DNA of 32,000 nucleotides from Stenotrophomonas humi (GTDB lineage Bacteria; Pseudomonadota; Gammaproteobacteria; Xanthomonadales; Xanthomonadaceae): NCBI RefSeq assembly GCF_001431415.1, contig NZ_LDJI01000015.1, positions 28,618 to 60,617 of the forward strand, read 5' to 3'. Shown piece by piece: positions 9,730 to 17,554 of this stretch (position 1 is its first letter; each line of letters starts with the position of its first letter). The notes under the pieces were generated by a model. It saw only the letters and a program-made list of their open reading frames with translations, ran no database searches and was not told where the DNA came from. The position numbers and the translations under genes were made by a program.

Positions 9730-9899
9730 TCAGTCCGGGCAGCGGCGGCGTTGGCTTTGCGAGCGGAGCGAGTGAGGCCGGCGCCGTTGCTGTCCCCGGT
9801 TCCGTCATTGGATACACGTCCGGCCAGCGCGGCGATCAGTTCCCGCGTAATCCGGCAACTACGATCAGCGGATACACGCCTCCGACGACGACGCTATGA
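9730..9899 (+). pseudogene. zot: 3' fragment of a Zot/pI-like assembly ATPase gene
   Basis: The translation ..GASEAGAVAVPGSVIGYTSGQRGDQFPRNPATTISGYTPPTTTL* aligns with the C-terminus of the prophage A Zot (..GSSDRGAVQGQGGGSVIGYQPGKRADQFARSPAYTGETWTPPTTTL*). The P-loop part is absent. Confidence 0.6.
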
Positions 9900-9917
9900 T
9901 TCCCCTTCACGTCCAGC

Positions 9918-10349
9918 ATGGAGCAGGGGATGTACAGGGGAATTTTTGGGGTTGTTTTGTTGGTTTTCGCCGGTAGCGCGTCAGCTCAGCAAATTCATAG
10001 TGCTGCTGGCCGGGGAACACCGCGCGTCACCGAGACGCCCAGAGCAGCTCACAATTCTATGGCTAAGGGTACCGAGCCAATGAACTGTGAGCAGTACAGA
10101 AATCATCCTCATCCGGCCATCCACAGCATGTGTCAAGGGATGGAGGCTCGTTTGATTCAGTCGGAGGCCGTACGTGTGGGCAGGCCGTCCGCATCAACTG
10201 AAGTTGTGACGCTTCCCGGTCTCGGTACCTCAGGCGCCAAGGCGCTGGGATTTGCTTGCGTGGGTGGTCAGGCCTTTAGGAAACTGCCTAACGGTTGGGC
10301 TCAGGTTTCTTCACCGCACGGAGGCTGGCAGCGCTGCCGCGAAGGTTGA
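9918..10349 (+). CDS. Small secreted Cys-containing hypothetical protein (prophage-remnant cargo)
   Basis: 143-aa ORF with signal peptide GIFGVVLLVFAGSASA/QQ and four Cys in the mature part. It occupies the post-zot position held by a 62-aa TM protein in prophage A. Confidence 0.4.
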   Translation: MEQGMYRGIFGVVLLVFAGSASAQQIHSAAGRGTPRVTETPRAAHNSMAKGTEPMNCEQYRNHPHPAIHSMCQGMEARLIQSEAVRVGRPSASTEVVTLPGLGTSGAKALGFACVGGQAFRKLPNGWAQVSSPHGGWQRCREG

Positions 10350-10721
10350 TTCGGGGTGCAGGGGCGTTGCCCCTGCGGTGGCGCCGAAGTGGCGTTCGCA
10401 CCATTCGCCCAGGTCTACGACGACGACTTTCACCATCGACCGCTGACCGGCTTTTCGTGCCGCATTCCTTTTTCGTGACGAGTCACGTAAATCAGCGGCA
10501 TGTGCGTGCCAGAGCAGGCCGCGCAGCCTGCGTTCTGGGATTCTTTCGCCGCTTGGGGCCACCAGATCTCGTCCTGCGAGCCGCCACCCAGCCCATGGGC
10601 CAGTCAGCACGACGTGGTTCTCGATCACACGCCGGTAGTGGTCGCTCGCACAGCTGTTCGGGCATTGCGTTCCCGGTTCCCAGCACGGTGGGCGGTTGTC
10701 CAGGTTGTAGGTATCGCTCAT
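10311..10721 (-). CDS. DUF3653-like phage protein (possible XafT-like Xer activation factor)
   Basis: Paralog of 17890..18243 (MSDTYNLDNRPPCWEPGTQCPNSCASDHYRRVI.NHV.LTGPWAGWRLAGRDLVAPSGERIPERRLRGLLWH). The TGxWAGxxxxGxxLVxPxG core also occurs in 18432..18725. The 3' end reads through a GC-rich palindrome. Confidence 0.55.
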   Translation of the reverse strand: MSDTYNLDNRPPCWEPGTQCPNSCASDHYRRVIENHVVLTGPWAGWRLAGRDLVAPSGERIPERRLRGLLWHAHAADLRDSSRKRNAARKAGQRSMVKVVVVDLGEWCERHFGATAGATPLHPESTFAAALPASVR

Positions 10722-10800
10722 GCCTCAATTTCCCCCTGATCCTTAGGAGGCCGCGATGGTAGGTGAGAGGTGATCCATAGCCAGATCCAGCTGAGCCGCG

Positions 10801-11178
10801 CTATGGCATGGGAATATGCAATTTCGCATAATGTATAAACGGTGCAGCTGAAACACCGGTTTCCGATGCCTGTACGTGCGCAGGGGAGGCGAGGCCGACT
10901 CCTATCACTAGGGCCATCGCGGTAGCGGCCAATTTGCGCCATACAGCCTTTTCTTTCTGATCCGTGGCGCGTGCTTCGCCCACGATGCCCAACACCTTTG
11001 CCAGCGGTACGCCGGTAATACCGGCAATCGTCGCGCACGTGATCGTGTCGGGGAATTTATTGCTGTTTCGCCAGTTGCTCACGGACTGTCGGGATACGCC
11101 CAGCTTGCGGGAAAGGTCGCTGTCAGACGTTGCACCGGACGCCTGCTTAGCCAGGTCAAGAAGCTCTGTGAAGTCCAT
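10801..11178 (-). CDS. Phage A HTH repressor/immunity regulator with C-terminal hydrophobic tail
   Basis: Starts MDFTELLDLAKQASGATSDSDLSRKLGVSRQSVSNWRNSNKFPD (Xre/Cro-like HTH). It has the same architecture as the prophage B protein at 26505..26801. Its last codons (..FIHYAKLHIPMP*) are encoded by the dif-like site itself. Confidence 0.65.
   Translation of the reverse strand: MDFTELLDLAKQASGATSDSDLSRKLGVSRQSVSNWRNSNKFPDTITCATIAGITGVPLAKVLGIVGEARATDQKEKAVWRKLAATAMALVIGVGLASPAHVQASETGVSAAPFIHYAKLHIPMP
10821..10848 (+). other. dif-like Xer site, phage A attP-type junction: ATTTCGCATAA-TGTATA-AACGGTGCAGC
   Basis: It has a perfect XerC-type arm plus the TGTATA central region, identical to the site at 18332. 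The XerD-side arm is degenerate. It lies inside the 3' end of the repressor gene. Confidence 0.7.
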
Positions 11179-11180
11179 CG

Positions 11181-11247
11181 TGTCCACCCTGTGTTGACTA
11201 CTGTCCACCCCCAGTGTACTTTCCGCACTGTCCACCGATAGTGGACA
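11181..11247. promoter_or_regulatory. Putative phage A operator cluster: TGTCCAC x3 plus an inverted GTGGACA
   Basis: TGTCCAC occurs at 11181, 11202 and 11229. The palindrome TGTCCACcgataGTGGACA spans 11229-11247. The cluster lies directly upstream of the repressor start (11178). Confidence 0.4.
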
Positions 11248-11261
11248 CCCGCCCCGGCCTC

Positions 11262-11289
11262 CCCTAGAGCCGGGTGCGGGCTTCTAGGG
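11262..11289 (-). terminator. Conserved hairpin CCCTAGAGCC-GGGTGCG-GGCTTCTAGGG downstream of the cargo gene
   Basis: 10-bp stem with one bulge. The same hairpin occurs in inverted orientation at 26395-26422 in prophage B, in the same relative position. There is no T-tract, so its function (terminator or other) is uncertain. Confidence 0.35.
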
Positions 11290-11383
11290 TGTAGGGGAGG
11301 GGGCAGTGGCCGTGACGGACAGAGATCGCAAGACCATCATCCATCCCGAGCTCGTTAGGCGTAGTGCCGCGGGCCGGAACGAT

Positions 11384-12229
11384 CTACTTCTTTCTGATCA
11401 GTTGCGTCTCAAACAACCTTTGCTCCTCGTTCAATGCTTCGATACGCGTATCAATCCGCGACATTACGGCAGTGACGGTTGCTTCAAGGCTTGTAGCCTT
11501 CTCTTTGAGTCCTTTCAGACCACCATCGATAGCAGCATCGTAGATATCGATCTTCGCGCGATCGTCGATTTTGGTCGTCGCGCTCTCTTCGTCGTACTTG
11601 TAAAAAAAATCGGGACCTTTGAGGTCATCGATGTGGCTTTGCGCGGACTGCTGGTACGCCTGCAGCTCGACCTCAAGCCTCTGGATTTGCTCCAAGTCAC
11701 TCATTGCAAGCTCGGACTTGAACTCATCGCTCCATTGAACCAGCTTGATTCTCGACAGAGTGAGTTCGATGCGAGTACGCATTGCGCGGCGTCCCAACAT
11801 GAAGGCGTTCGGGATGGCCTCTGGCAACTCAACTCCTTTACTACGCATCTCTATGCGCCGATCGACCTGCCTGAGTACCTGGGCTGGATAGGTGCCAATA
11901 CTCGCCTTGTTTCGAATAATCGCCAAACGGGCGCAACTACCGTCGACCTTTGCGCGGGATTGCCGAACGCTTTCCGCCCGTCGCGCAACCTCAGACAATC
12001 GCGAAAACTGAACGGCTTTCCAGCTGATTATGCCTGCAGCGATACCGGCCCCGATCGTTCCGAACGCCGCAAGCCAAGCAGCTCTCTTCTCAGAGTTAGA
12101 GTCGGAAACGAACGATACGTCCAGGTTGAAAATGATCACTGCGCTGATCATCCCGATCGCATACACAAATGCAGTGGCTACTACAACTGTGGTAGTGGGA
12201 ATCCACATGCCGGATTGTTTTACATCCAT
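11384..12229 (-). CDS. Phage A cargo protein: two N-terminal TM helices plus ~190-aa helical/coiled-coil domain
   Basis: Start MDVKQSGMW at 12229, in frame within ORF 11384..12592, with AAAGGGGGCGGT upstream. TM1 is TTTVVVATAFVYAIGMISAVIIF and TM2 is AAWLAAFGTIGAGIAAGIISW, followed by a K/E/Q-rich helical region. GC is visibly lower than in the neighbours. The antisense ORF 11306..12274 has junk-like composition. Confidence 0.6.
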   Translation of the reverse strand: MDVKQSGMWIPTTTVVVATAFVYAIGMISAVIIFNLDVSFVSDSNSEKRAAWLAAFGTIGAGIAAGIISWKAVQFSRLSEVARRAESVRQSRAKVDGSCARLAIIRNKASIGTYPAQVLRQVDRRIEMRSKGVELPEAIPNAFMLGRRAMRTRIELTLSRIKLVQWSDEFKSELAMSDLEQIQRLEVELQAYQQSAQSHIDDLKGPDFFYKYDEESATTKIDDRAKIDIYDAAIDGGLKGLKEKATSLEATVTAVMSRIDTRIEALNEEQRLFETQLIRKK

Positions 12230-12270
12230 ACCGCCCCCTTTGGCGTCCGTTCCATTGGGGGGATTCTGGC

Positions 12271-12438
12271 ATGACCAGCATCCTCCTTGCTCTCTGCGGT
12301 GTGTGCGGCTTCTGCCTCGGTCGCGGATCCGTCCTGCTGATTTCATGGATCCTTGACCGCCGCGATTCGCGTGTTGATTCCGCGTACCGCGCTGCTCGCC
12401 TCGTTGCCGTCTCCAGGGCGGAGGTGAGTCGTGATTGA
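12271..12438 (+). CDS. 55-aa small membrane protein conserved in both prophages
   Basis: Manual translation gives MTSILLALCGVCGFCLGRGSVLLISWILDRRDSRVDSAYRAARLVAVSRAEVSRD*. A near-identical 55-codon ORF lies at 25428..25595 (-). It is below the ORF-track length cut-off. Confidence 0.55.
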   Translation: MTSILLALCGVCGFCLGRGSVLLISWILDRRDSRVDSAYRAARLVAVSRAEVSRD

Positions 12439-12521
12439 GGTTGCCGCGTTCCTGCTGTGCGGCATCTTCTTTACGGTCGTGCCGCTCGCGTTGTTCGGTC
12501 TGCTTGGAAAGGGGAAGCGCG

Positions 12522-12713
12522 GTGGCTGATCCCTCCTGCTTCGTCATCACTGCCAATGAGTGGCACCGCTTCGCTGGGGTTCTGGCTTTCATGGCCGTTC
12601 TTTACCCAGTGTTCGGCGCTTTGATCTTTGCCGATTGGCAGGGCTGGCTTGAGTACTTTCGCCGCCGCGCCCGTCGCCGCCGCATCCGCGCCATTCGGCG
12701 GGCCCGCTCATGA
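12522..12713 (+). CDS. Possible 63-aa TM protein with Arg-rich tail (phage A-specific insert)
   Basis: GTG 12522 (VADPSCFVITANEWHRFAGVLAFMAVLYPVFGALIFADWQGWLEYFRRRARRRRIRAIRRARS*). The stop overlaps the next start (ATGA at 12710). In prophage B the homologous VAD codons run directly into the RQIPYGV gene. Confidence 0.3.
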   Translation: MADPSCFVITANEWHRFAGVLAFMAVLYPVFGALIFADWQGWLEYFRRRARRRRIRAIRRARS

Positions 12714-13021
12714 GCCGGCAGATTCCTTACGGCGTGCGCAGCGCCAGCCCGCGCTTCTACCAACCGCTGCCGCCGTCATCGCACCTGGACGCGGAAGTCG
12801 ATGCGCTCCGCGCCATGCCGGAACCGGAATACGTCATTGAACAGCGCATCGGTGATGGCGATTGGCAGCAGAAGTGCCGCTACGGCGATGACGTTGCATG
12901 GGCTGTAGAGCGCGTCCGCTGGTGGAACGCGCTGCTGCGTGGCCGTCGCTCGTATCGCGTTGTTGCCGTCCTCGGCAACAGCCGCTCTGTCGTTTTTGGG
13001 GAGGGCATGCGCCATGGTTGA
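12710..13021 (+). CDS. Conserved phage hypothetical protein upstream of Rep
   Basis: 103 aa (MSRQIPYGVRSASPRFYQPLPPSSHLD...), almost identical to 25045..25359 (-). It overlaps the Rep start by 8 nt. Confidence 0.65.
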   Translation: MSRQIPYGVRSASPRFYQPLPPSSHLDAEVDALRAMPEPEYVIEQRIGDGDWQQKCRYGDDVAWAVERVRWWNALLRGRRSYRVVAVLGNSRSVVFGEGMRHG

Positions 13022-14102
13022 GGCCGGGGCTGTAGGACTCCCCTCGTCTAACAGGGGAGTCAGTGAAAATGAACAGATCGGGGTAGTGATCGACTGGCTG
13101 GCTGCCTCTTTCGATTTGATTTCCGTTCTTGATGTTCATGGCTTGGTCGATGACCGCAAGGCGGTTTTGGATGATCTCGACGGCCCGGTAGGTTCCTGCG
13201 TGCGACCTGTCGCCCAGGCATTGGCCGATCACTTCTTCCCCGGCTTGTTTGAATTGGGCGATCCATCGCGTGGCCGGTTCTACAACTGGCGCGTCGCGCT
13301 GCGTGCTGGTGGTGAGCATGTGGGCCTGTTGGAGTTCGGTGGCCTAAACACCATTCGGCAGGATGGAACCCACACCGGTCGTCTGGAACTGACGGGTGAT
13401 GGCTGCCGCCTATTTGAAGCCAGCAGTGGCGATGACCATGCGGAGCGGTGGTCGTCGCTCGCTTCACTGCTGGGCATCTGCGATGCGCGCATCACGCGCG
13501 TCGATATCGCGGCAGACGATTTCCTCGGCCAGTGGCCCGTTCAGTGGGCTATCGATCGGTACAACGAAGGCGGTTTCGATCGTCGGGGTCAGCGTCCAAA
13601 AGCCCGCCTGATCGACGATATGGGCAACCGCACCGGTAAGACCTTCTATGTCGGCAGTCGCAAGTCTGAGCAACAGCTGCGCGTATACGAGAAGGGCAGG
13701 GAACAGGGGGACATGGCGTCCGAATGGGTGCGCTATGAGGGCGAGTTTCATGCCAGCAATCGGCGTGAGCTTCCGTTGGACATGCTGATTGATCCAGCGC
13801 CGTATCTCGTTGGTGCTTACCCGCTGCTCGACTTCGTCGGCGGTATCGGTCAACGCCTGCGGATTGCCACCGAAAAGCTGCTTGCCAACTGCACGCGCGC
13901 CGTCATGCATTTCCGCCGCCAGTACGGGCCAATGATCAACGCGATGTTGCATGCCAGTGGTGGCGATGAAGCAACGCTCTCGCGCCTGATCGTCGGCACT
14001 GCACGGGCCAAGTTGCCGCCGTGGTGTCCGCGTCCTGAGGACACGGCCCAACTGCTCACCGCAATTCTTTTCGCCCCATCGGGGCATATCAAAAGCCCGT
14101 AA
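13014..14102 (+). CDS. Rolling-circle replication initiation protein (filamentous-phage pII/RstA-like)
   Basis: Start MVEAGAVGLPSSNRGVSENEQIGVVIDWL at 13014 within ORF 12939..14102. It sits first in the structural-strand gene order and is about 90% identical by manual alignment to the prophage B copy. Family assignment is from memory of Xanthomonas/Stenotrophomonas inovirus Rep proteins. Confidence 0.8.
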   Translation: MVEAGAVGLPSSNRGVSENEQIGVVIDWLAASFDLISVLDVHGLVDDRKAVLDDLDGPVGSCVRPVAQALADHFFPGLFELGDPSRGRFYNWRVALRAGGEHVGLLEFGGLNTIRQDGTHTGRLELTGDGCRLFEASSGDDHAERWSSLASLLGICDARITRVDIAADDFLGQWPVQWAIDRYNEGGFDRRGQRPKARLIDDMGNRTGKTFYVGSRKSEQQLRVYEKGREQGDMASEWVRYEGEFHASNRRELPLDMLIDPAPYLVGAYPLLDFVGGIGQRLRIATEKLLANCTRAVMHFRRQYGPMINAMLHASGGDEATLSRLIVGTARAKLPPWCPRPEDTAQLLTAILFAPSGHIKSP

Positions 14103-14129
14103 TCGCGGGCGTAACCCAAGGGAAAAACC

Positions 14130-14417
14130 ATGGAACTGATCAAAGTAACCATCCTCACTGCCCAGGTCGAAGAACGCAGCGGCGTTTTCGAAGATGACAG
14201 CGGCAAGGAGCGCAAGTACACCACGCGCAAGCAGAAGGCGAAGGTTGAGGCGGGCGGTTTCGCCTACCCGTATGACGTGCGCTTGGAAGATGGTCAGCCG
14301 GCATGGCCGGTGGGTGAGTACGTCATGGATACCGCCGCGATGGTCGGCATCAACAAGGGCGTGCACAACTTCTCGAAGTACGCCGCGCTGGTCAAATCTG
14401 CTTCGGCGAAGCCCTGA
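14130..14417 (+). CDS. G5P-like ssDNA-binding protein
   Basis: 95 aa, immediately after Rep. The segment VRLEDGQPAWPVGEYVMDTAAM resembles the M13 gVp segment TLDEGQPAYAPGLYTVHLSSF. Confidence 0.65.
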   Translation: MELIKVTILTAQVEERSGVFEDDSGKERKYTTRKQKAKVEAGGFAYPYDVRLEDGQPAWPVGEYVMDTAAMVGINKGVHNFSKYAALVKSASAKP

Positions 14418-14420
14418 CCG

Positions 14421-14621
14421 ATGCCTACGCAGCCCCACGTCTTGCAGTGCGTCGAATTCGACCCACAGACCGCCACATGCGCGGTGCAAGCGTGGGTGCC
14501 TGCCCCAACCCTGCTGCCGGACATTCCGATGGCCGATGTTCTGCAGCTGCTCGGCGCTGCCGCTGTTCCATTGGCGGTGGCGTGGGGAGCAAAACTCCTA
14601 GGCCGTACAACCCGTGATTGA
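14421..14621 (+). CDS. Small phage protein with C-terminal TM helix
   Basis: 66 aa, ending LQLLGAAAVPLAVAWGAKLLGR. The positional equivalent in prophage B is 23436..23651. Confidence 0.45.
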   Translation: MPTQPHVLQCVEFDPQTATCAVQAWVPAPTLLPDIPMADVLQLLGAAAVPLAVAWGAKLLGRTTRD

Positions 14622-14642
14622 CGAAGAAACAAGGAGCCAGAA

Positions 14643-14774
14643 ATGGACGTTGGTGATGCAGTTGCTGCAATTGCTTTGATCACTGCAGGTGTTGGCGCAA
14701 TCGGTGCGGCAAAGCTGCTCCCGGCCGCCACTGCTGTGGGCTGGAAGTGGATGAAGGGCGCGATCTTCGGCTGA
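14643..14774 (+). CDS. Major coat protein (pVIII-like, 43 aa, no signal peptide)
   Basis: Manual translation gives MDVGDAVAAIALITAGVGAIGAAKLLPAATAVGWKWMKGAIFG*. It has an acidic N-terminus, a hydrophobic core and a basic C-terminus. A strong SD (AAGGAG) lies 6 nt upstream and a terminator follows. It is below the ORF-track cut-off. Confidence 0.7.
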   Translation: MDVGDAVAAIALITAGVGAIGAAKLLPAATAVGWKWMKGAIFG

Positions 14775-14791
14775 TGCCAGGACGCAGGGGA

Positions 14792-14814
14792 GGGGGCCGC
14801 TTGGCCCCCTTTTT
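14792..14814 (+). terminator. Rho-independent terminator after the major coat gene
   Basis: GGGGGCC-gctt-GGCCCCC followed by TTTTT. This is the same placement as the terminator after gene VIII in Ff phages. Confidence 0.7.
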
Positions 14815-14827
14815 CTTGGGAGGTCAT

Positions 14828-14890
14828 ATGTTGGGATGGTTCGTCTTATGCGTCGGAATTCTCGCGCTGTACATCACCTTCTCGGACTGA
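14828..14890 (+). CDS. 20-aa hydrophobic micro-ORF (pVII/pIX-like?)
   Basis: MLGWFVLCVGILALYITFSD*, preceded by GGGAGG. A same-length counterpart, MGYFVIIAVCGACWLAFEGM*, with AAGGAGG lies at the same position in prophage B (23039..23101). It overlaps the annotated pIII-like start in another frame. Confidence 0.4.
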   Translation: MLGWFVLCVGILALYITFSD

Positions 14891-16095
14891 GGTGGTTCGT
14901 TCTGGCGTTCCTGCTGGTTGTTGCGTTGGGTGATGCCCTCGCGGCTGGCAAGGTGCGTGTTACGCCTCAATCCAATGGGTGGCATCGGCAGGGTCAGAAC
15001 GCAGATGGCAGTACGCGTTGGGTGCAGACACCCGAGTTCAATGCGACATGGGATAAGTGGTTAGGGGAGGCAGGTGCTGTAGCTGCGGGGAGCGAGTACT
15101 TCAAGTCCAGCGGCCCGGTCAGTTCAAGCACGATCGGCAGCATGGGCCGCAAAGCCATTCGTGGTGGCGTATACGGCACTGCAGTTGCGCTTGCCGTCGA
15201 AGGCATCATTGATGGCGCCGGGTGGGCGATTAACGAACTGAAAGACCAGGTCATCGATCCCGGTACGAAGGAGCAACTTGACCGCCAAGGCTGGTGTCGG
15301 GAAAAGGTCTGTGCCCCCACCATTGATGGCCTGATTCCCTACGCTCAAAGTCGATACACCGGCACTGCCTATCCTGATAGCAGGTGGATTGCTATCGAGC
15401 AGTCACCTTCCAATGGATTGATCTGTTATCGAGTCATTGGCACGGAAAGCTGTCGTTTTTCCATGCCCGTGCAGCTAGTGCTGCGCCCTACCACTGGCTG
15501 GGATGGCTACACCAATGTATCGCCGGGTACCGATGCAGGCCCTGTTTCTGATGAACGCTTGGGCGACGCCATCCGACCGCATCCTGACGTCGTGAATTCG
15601 TTGTTGACCGATCCCCGAACGGGTCGACCGGTCATGACGCCTGAGCTTCAGCAGATGATGGACGACATTAAGCAGCAGATTGAACAGCGCGAAGGGATGC
15701 CGGGCTCCGATCCGTCGCCGGCTCCGGATATGGAAGATGACACGGCCAAAGACGATGGTTCACCGTGGCCTTCGTTCTGCGGCTGGGCAACGGTCGTTTG
15801 CGACTTCATCGAATGGGTAAAGACCGATGACCCAGACACTCAAAACCCTGAGGTTCCATGGGAGGAAGAGATTCCGGCCGATGTGACACAGACGTGGAGC
15901 TCCGGTCTTGGTGGAGGCTCCTGTCCATCTGCGGCTTCCTTCACTGTTTCGCTCGGTGGATTCAGCGCATCCCCCGAATTTTCCTTTGAAGGGATCTGCC
16001 AGTTCGGCACGATCATGCGCCCTGTAATCATCGCCCTGGCAGCCATCATTGCCGGGTTCATCATCGCGGGCGTGAGAGGGACAAAGGATGCTTAA
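14836..16095 (+). CDS. pIII-like adsorption/minor coat protein
   Basis: 419 aa. It has an N-terminal signal-like segment (RWFVLAFLLVVALGDALA), a Pro/Asp-rich linker and a C-terminal membrane anchor (IIALAAIIAGFIIAGVRGTKDA). Its position is between the coat and pVI-like genes. The start is uncertain (14836 or 14848). Confidence 0.6.
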   Translation: MVRLMRRNSRAVHHLLGLRWFVLAFLLVVALGDALAAGKVRVTPQSNGWHRQGQNADGSTRWVQTPEFNATWDKWLGEAGAVAAGSEYFKSSGPVSSSTIGSMGRKAIRGGVYGTAVALAVEGIIDGAGWAINELKDQVIDPGTKEQLDRQGWCREKVCAPTIDGLIPYAQSRYTGTAYPDSRWIAIEQSPSNGLICYRVIGTESCRFSMPVQLVLRPTTGWDGYTNVSPGTDAGPVSDERLGDAIRPHPDVVNSLLTDPRTGRPVMTPELQQMMDDIKQQIEQREGMPGSDPSPAPDMEDDTAKDDGSPWPSFCGWATVVCDFIEWVKTDDPDTQNPEVPWEEEIPADVTQTWSSGLGGGSCPSAASFTVSLGGFSASPEFSFEGICQFGTIMRPVIIALAAIIAGFIIAGVRGTKDA

Positions 16096-16372
16096 GTGGC
16101 TATCGCTTCTCCTTAAAAACTTGCTTGGTGATGGTGTTGGCCGTGTGCTGGGCGGGGCAGGGTTGTCACTGGTTACCGGTGCCGTGGCATTGCCGTTGAT
16201 CACTACTGCGATGAACACAGCAGCTTCCAAGATCGGCGGCATCGGTGGTGATGTGTTGAATGTTGCGTTGCTGTTTGGGTTCGGCGAAGCGTTGTCGATC
16301 ATGGGTACAGCAATGCTCACGCGTGCGGCGATGGGTGCCACGCGTGTTGGAATCAAGAGGGCAACGAAATGA
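16088..16372 (+). CDS. pVI-like minor coat protein (DUF2523-like)
   Basis: 94-aa Gly/Ala-rich multi-TM protein. It overlaps pIII-like by 8 nt, and its stop overlaps the zot start (ATGA at 16369). Confidence 0.55.
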   Translation: MLKWLSLLLKNLLGDGVGRVLGGAGLSLVTGAVALPLITTAMNTAASKIGGIGGDVLNVALLFGFGEALSIMGTAMLTRAAMGATRVGIKRATK

Positions 16373-17523
16373 TGTATTTGATTTCCGGGCAACCGGGAAA
16401 CGGCAAGTCCCTGCGCGCCATGTTCATCATGCGCGAGGAGTACGAGCGCAATAGCAAGGCGCATGCTGAAGGAAAAGAGCCGCTGCGCCGCTTCTTTTCC
16501 AACATTGCTGGTTCAACTACTGAAGAAAATCCGGATGCATTTCCGTGGGTAGAAAAGCTGCCGGAACACAACGACTGGACCAAGCTTCCGGACGGCTCAT
16601 ATGTCGTCTATGACGAAGCGCACGCCGACGGCAATACGCCGGGGCTTGAGCGCTATGGCAGCTTGTTTCCTTCGACGGGCAAGCCGGGAGAGTCCGCAGA
16701 CCTCCGTATTCGTGCAATGTCAACGCATCGCCACCGGGGCTTTGACCTCGTATTTCTGACGCAGTGGCCGAGCAAGATCCATCATCAGGTGCGCACGCTT
16801 GTGGGGTCACATACCCACATGAATCGTGGCATGGGTCTGCAGGCTGCGGGCGTGCTGCAGTGGCCGCGTGTCCAGGTCGATCCATACGATGAAAACCAGC
16901 GTGAGAAGGCGGAGGAAGAGATCTGGTCCTATCCGAAGGATCTCTATGGCAAGTACAAAAGCGCCACGCTTCACACGGCCAGCCACAAGTTCAAGATCCC
17001 AAAGAAGGTGCTGGCTGGTCTGTCGAAACTGGTTGTCACCCTTCTGGTTTTGTGGGCGTTGTGGCATTTCCTTGTGCCTAAGGGGAAGGAAAAGCCGGAG
17101 GAGGGGCCGGCACAGAAGGAGGCCAGCTTGCTGGCCCCTGTGCCGGCCTCTCCGGCGTCTACCGATGCTGTCCTCACTCCCGGTGCGCAAACCTACGCCG
17201 CGCTCAACACAGAGCCTGCACCAGCGTTGTCGGGCTGTGTTTCAAGTGATCGGGGTTGCCGATGCTTCAACACTGAGGGTTTTCAAATTGACATGTCGCG
17301 TTTTCAGTGCGAATTGCTGCTGGAAAAGCCGCTGCCGTTCAACGTCTACCATGAGTACAAAGCCCCTGCTGGCACCCCTGCCGGTTCGTCAGATCGGGGC
17401 GCAGTACAGGGGCAGGGTGGTGGTTCTGTGATTGGGTATCAGCCAGGTAAGCGCGCCGATCAGTTCGCCCGCTCGCCCGCGTATACCGGCGAGACGTGGA
17501 CGCCACCAACCACCACCTTGTAG
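16369..17523 (+). CDS. zot: Zot-like / pI-type phage assembly ATPase
   Basis: N-terminal MMYLISGQPGNGKSLRAM (Walker A) and Walker B VVYDEAH. It has a central TM segment (LSKLVVTLLVLWALWHFLV) and a periplasmic C-terminal domain. Confidence 0.85.
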   Translation: MMYLISGQPGNGKSLRAMFIMREEYERNSKAHAEGKEPLRRFFSNIAGSTTEENPDAFPWVEKLPEHNDWTKLPDGSYVVYDEAHADGNTPGLERYGSLFPSTGKPGESADLRIRAMSTHRHRGFDLVFLTQWPSKIHHQVRTLVGSHTHMNRGMGLQAAGVLQWPRVQVDPYDENQREKAEEEIWSYPKDLYGKYKSATLHTASHKFKIPKKVLAGLSKLVVTLLVLWALWHFLVPKGKEKPEEGPAQKEASLLAPVPASPASTDAVLTPGAQTYAALNTEPAPALSGCVSSDRGCRCFNTEGFQIDMSRFQCELLLEKPLPFNVYHEYKAPAGTPAGSSDRGAVQGQGGGSVIGYQPGKRADQFARSPAYTGETWTPPTTTL

Positions 17524-17554
17524 AGTCCGGCCTTTCTTCTAGGGGGAGAAAGGC

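Larger units (their letters stand above)
9724..10820. mobile_element. Remnant of a phage-A-like filamentous prophage (zot 3' end to att junction)
   Basis: It contains the zot C-terminal fragment, a secreted-protein gene and a DUF3653 gene. Region 10311-10792 is nearly identical to 17890-18312 of prophage A. It ends at the dif-like site at 10821. Confidence 0.6.

Noticed and set aside
11306-12274. 322-aa plus-strand ORF opposite the phage A cargo gene (and 25592..26410 opposite the phage B cargo gene)
   Set aside because: The translations have Leu/Arg/Cys-rich composition without domains. The chosen strands give two clean TM helices plus a charged helical domain. They are also consistent in orientation between the two phages. 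This remains an inference, not proof.
13464-14489. 341-aa minus-strand ORF antisense to phage A Rep/SSB, plus similar antisense ORFs (15760..16464, 23430..24086, 24627..25232, 27715..28848, 1768..2457, 7757..8308)
   Set aside because: All lie opposite ORFs with clear family signatures or conserved paralogs. They have Arg/Gly/His/Ala-rich junk-like composition and are high-GC shadow ORFs.
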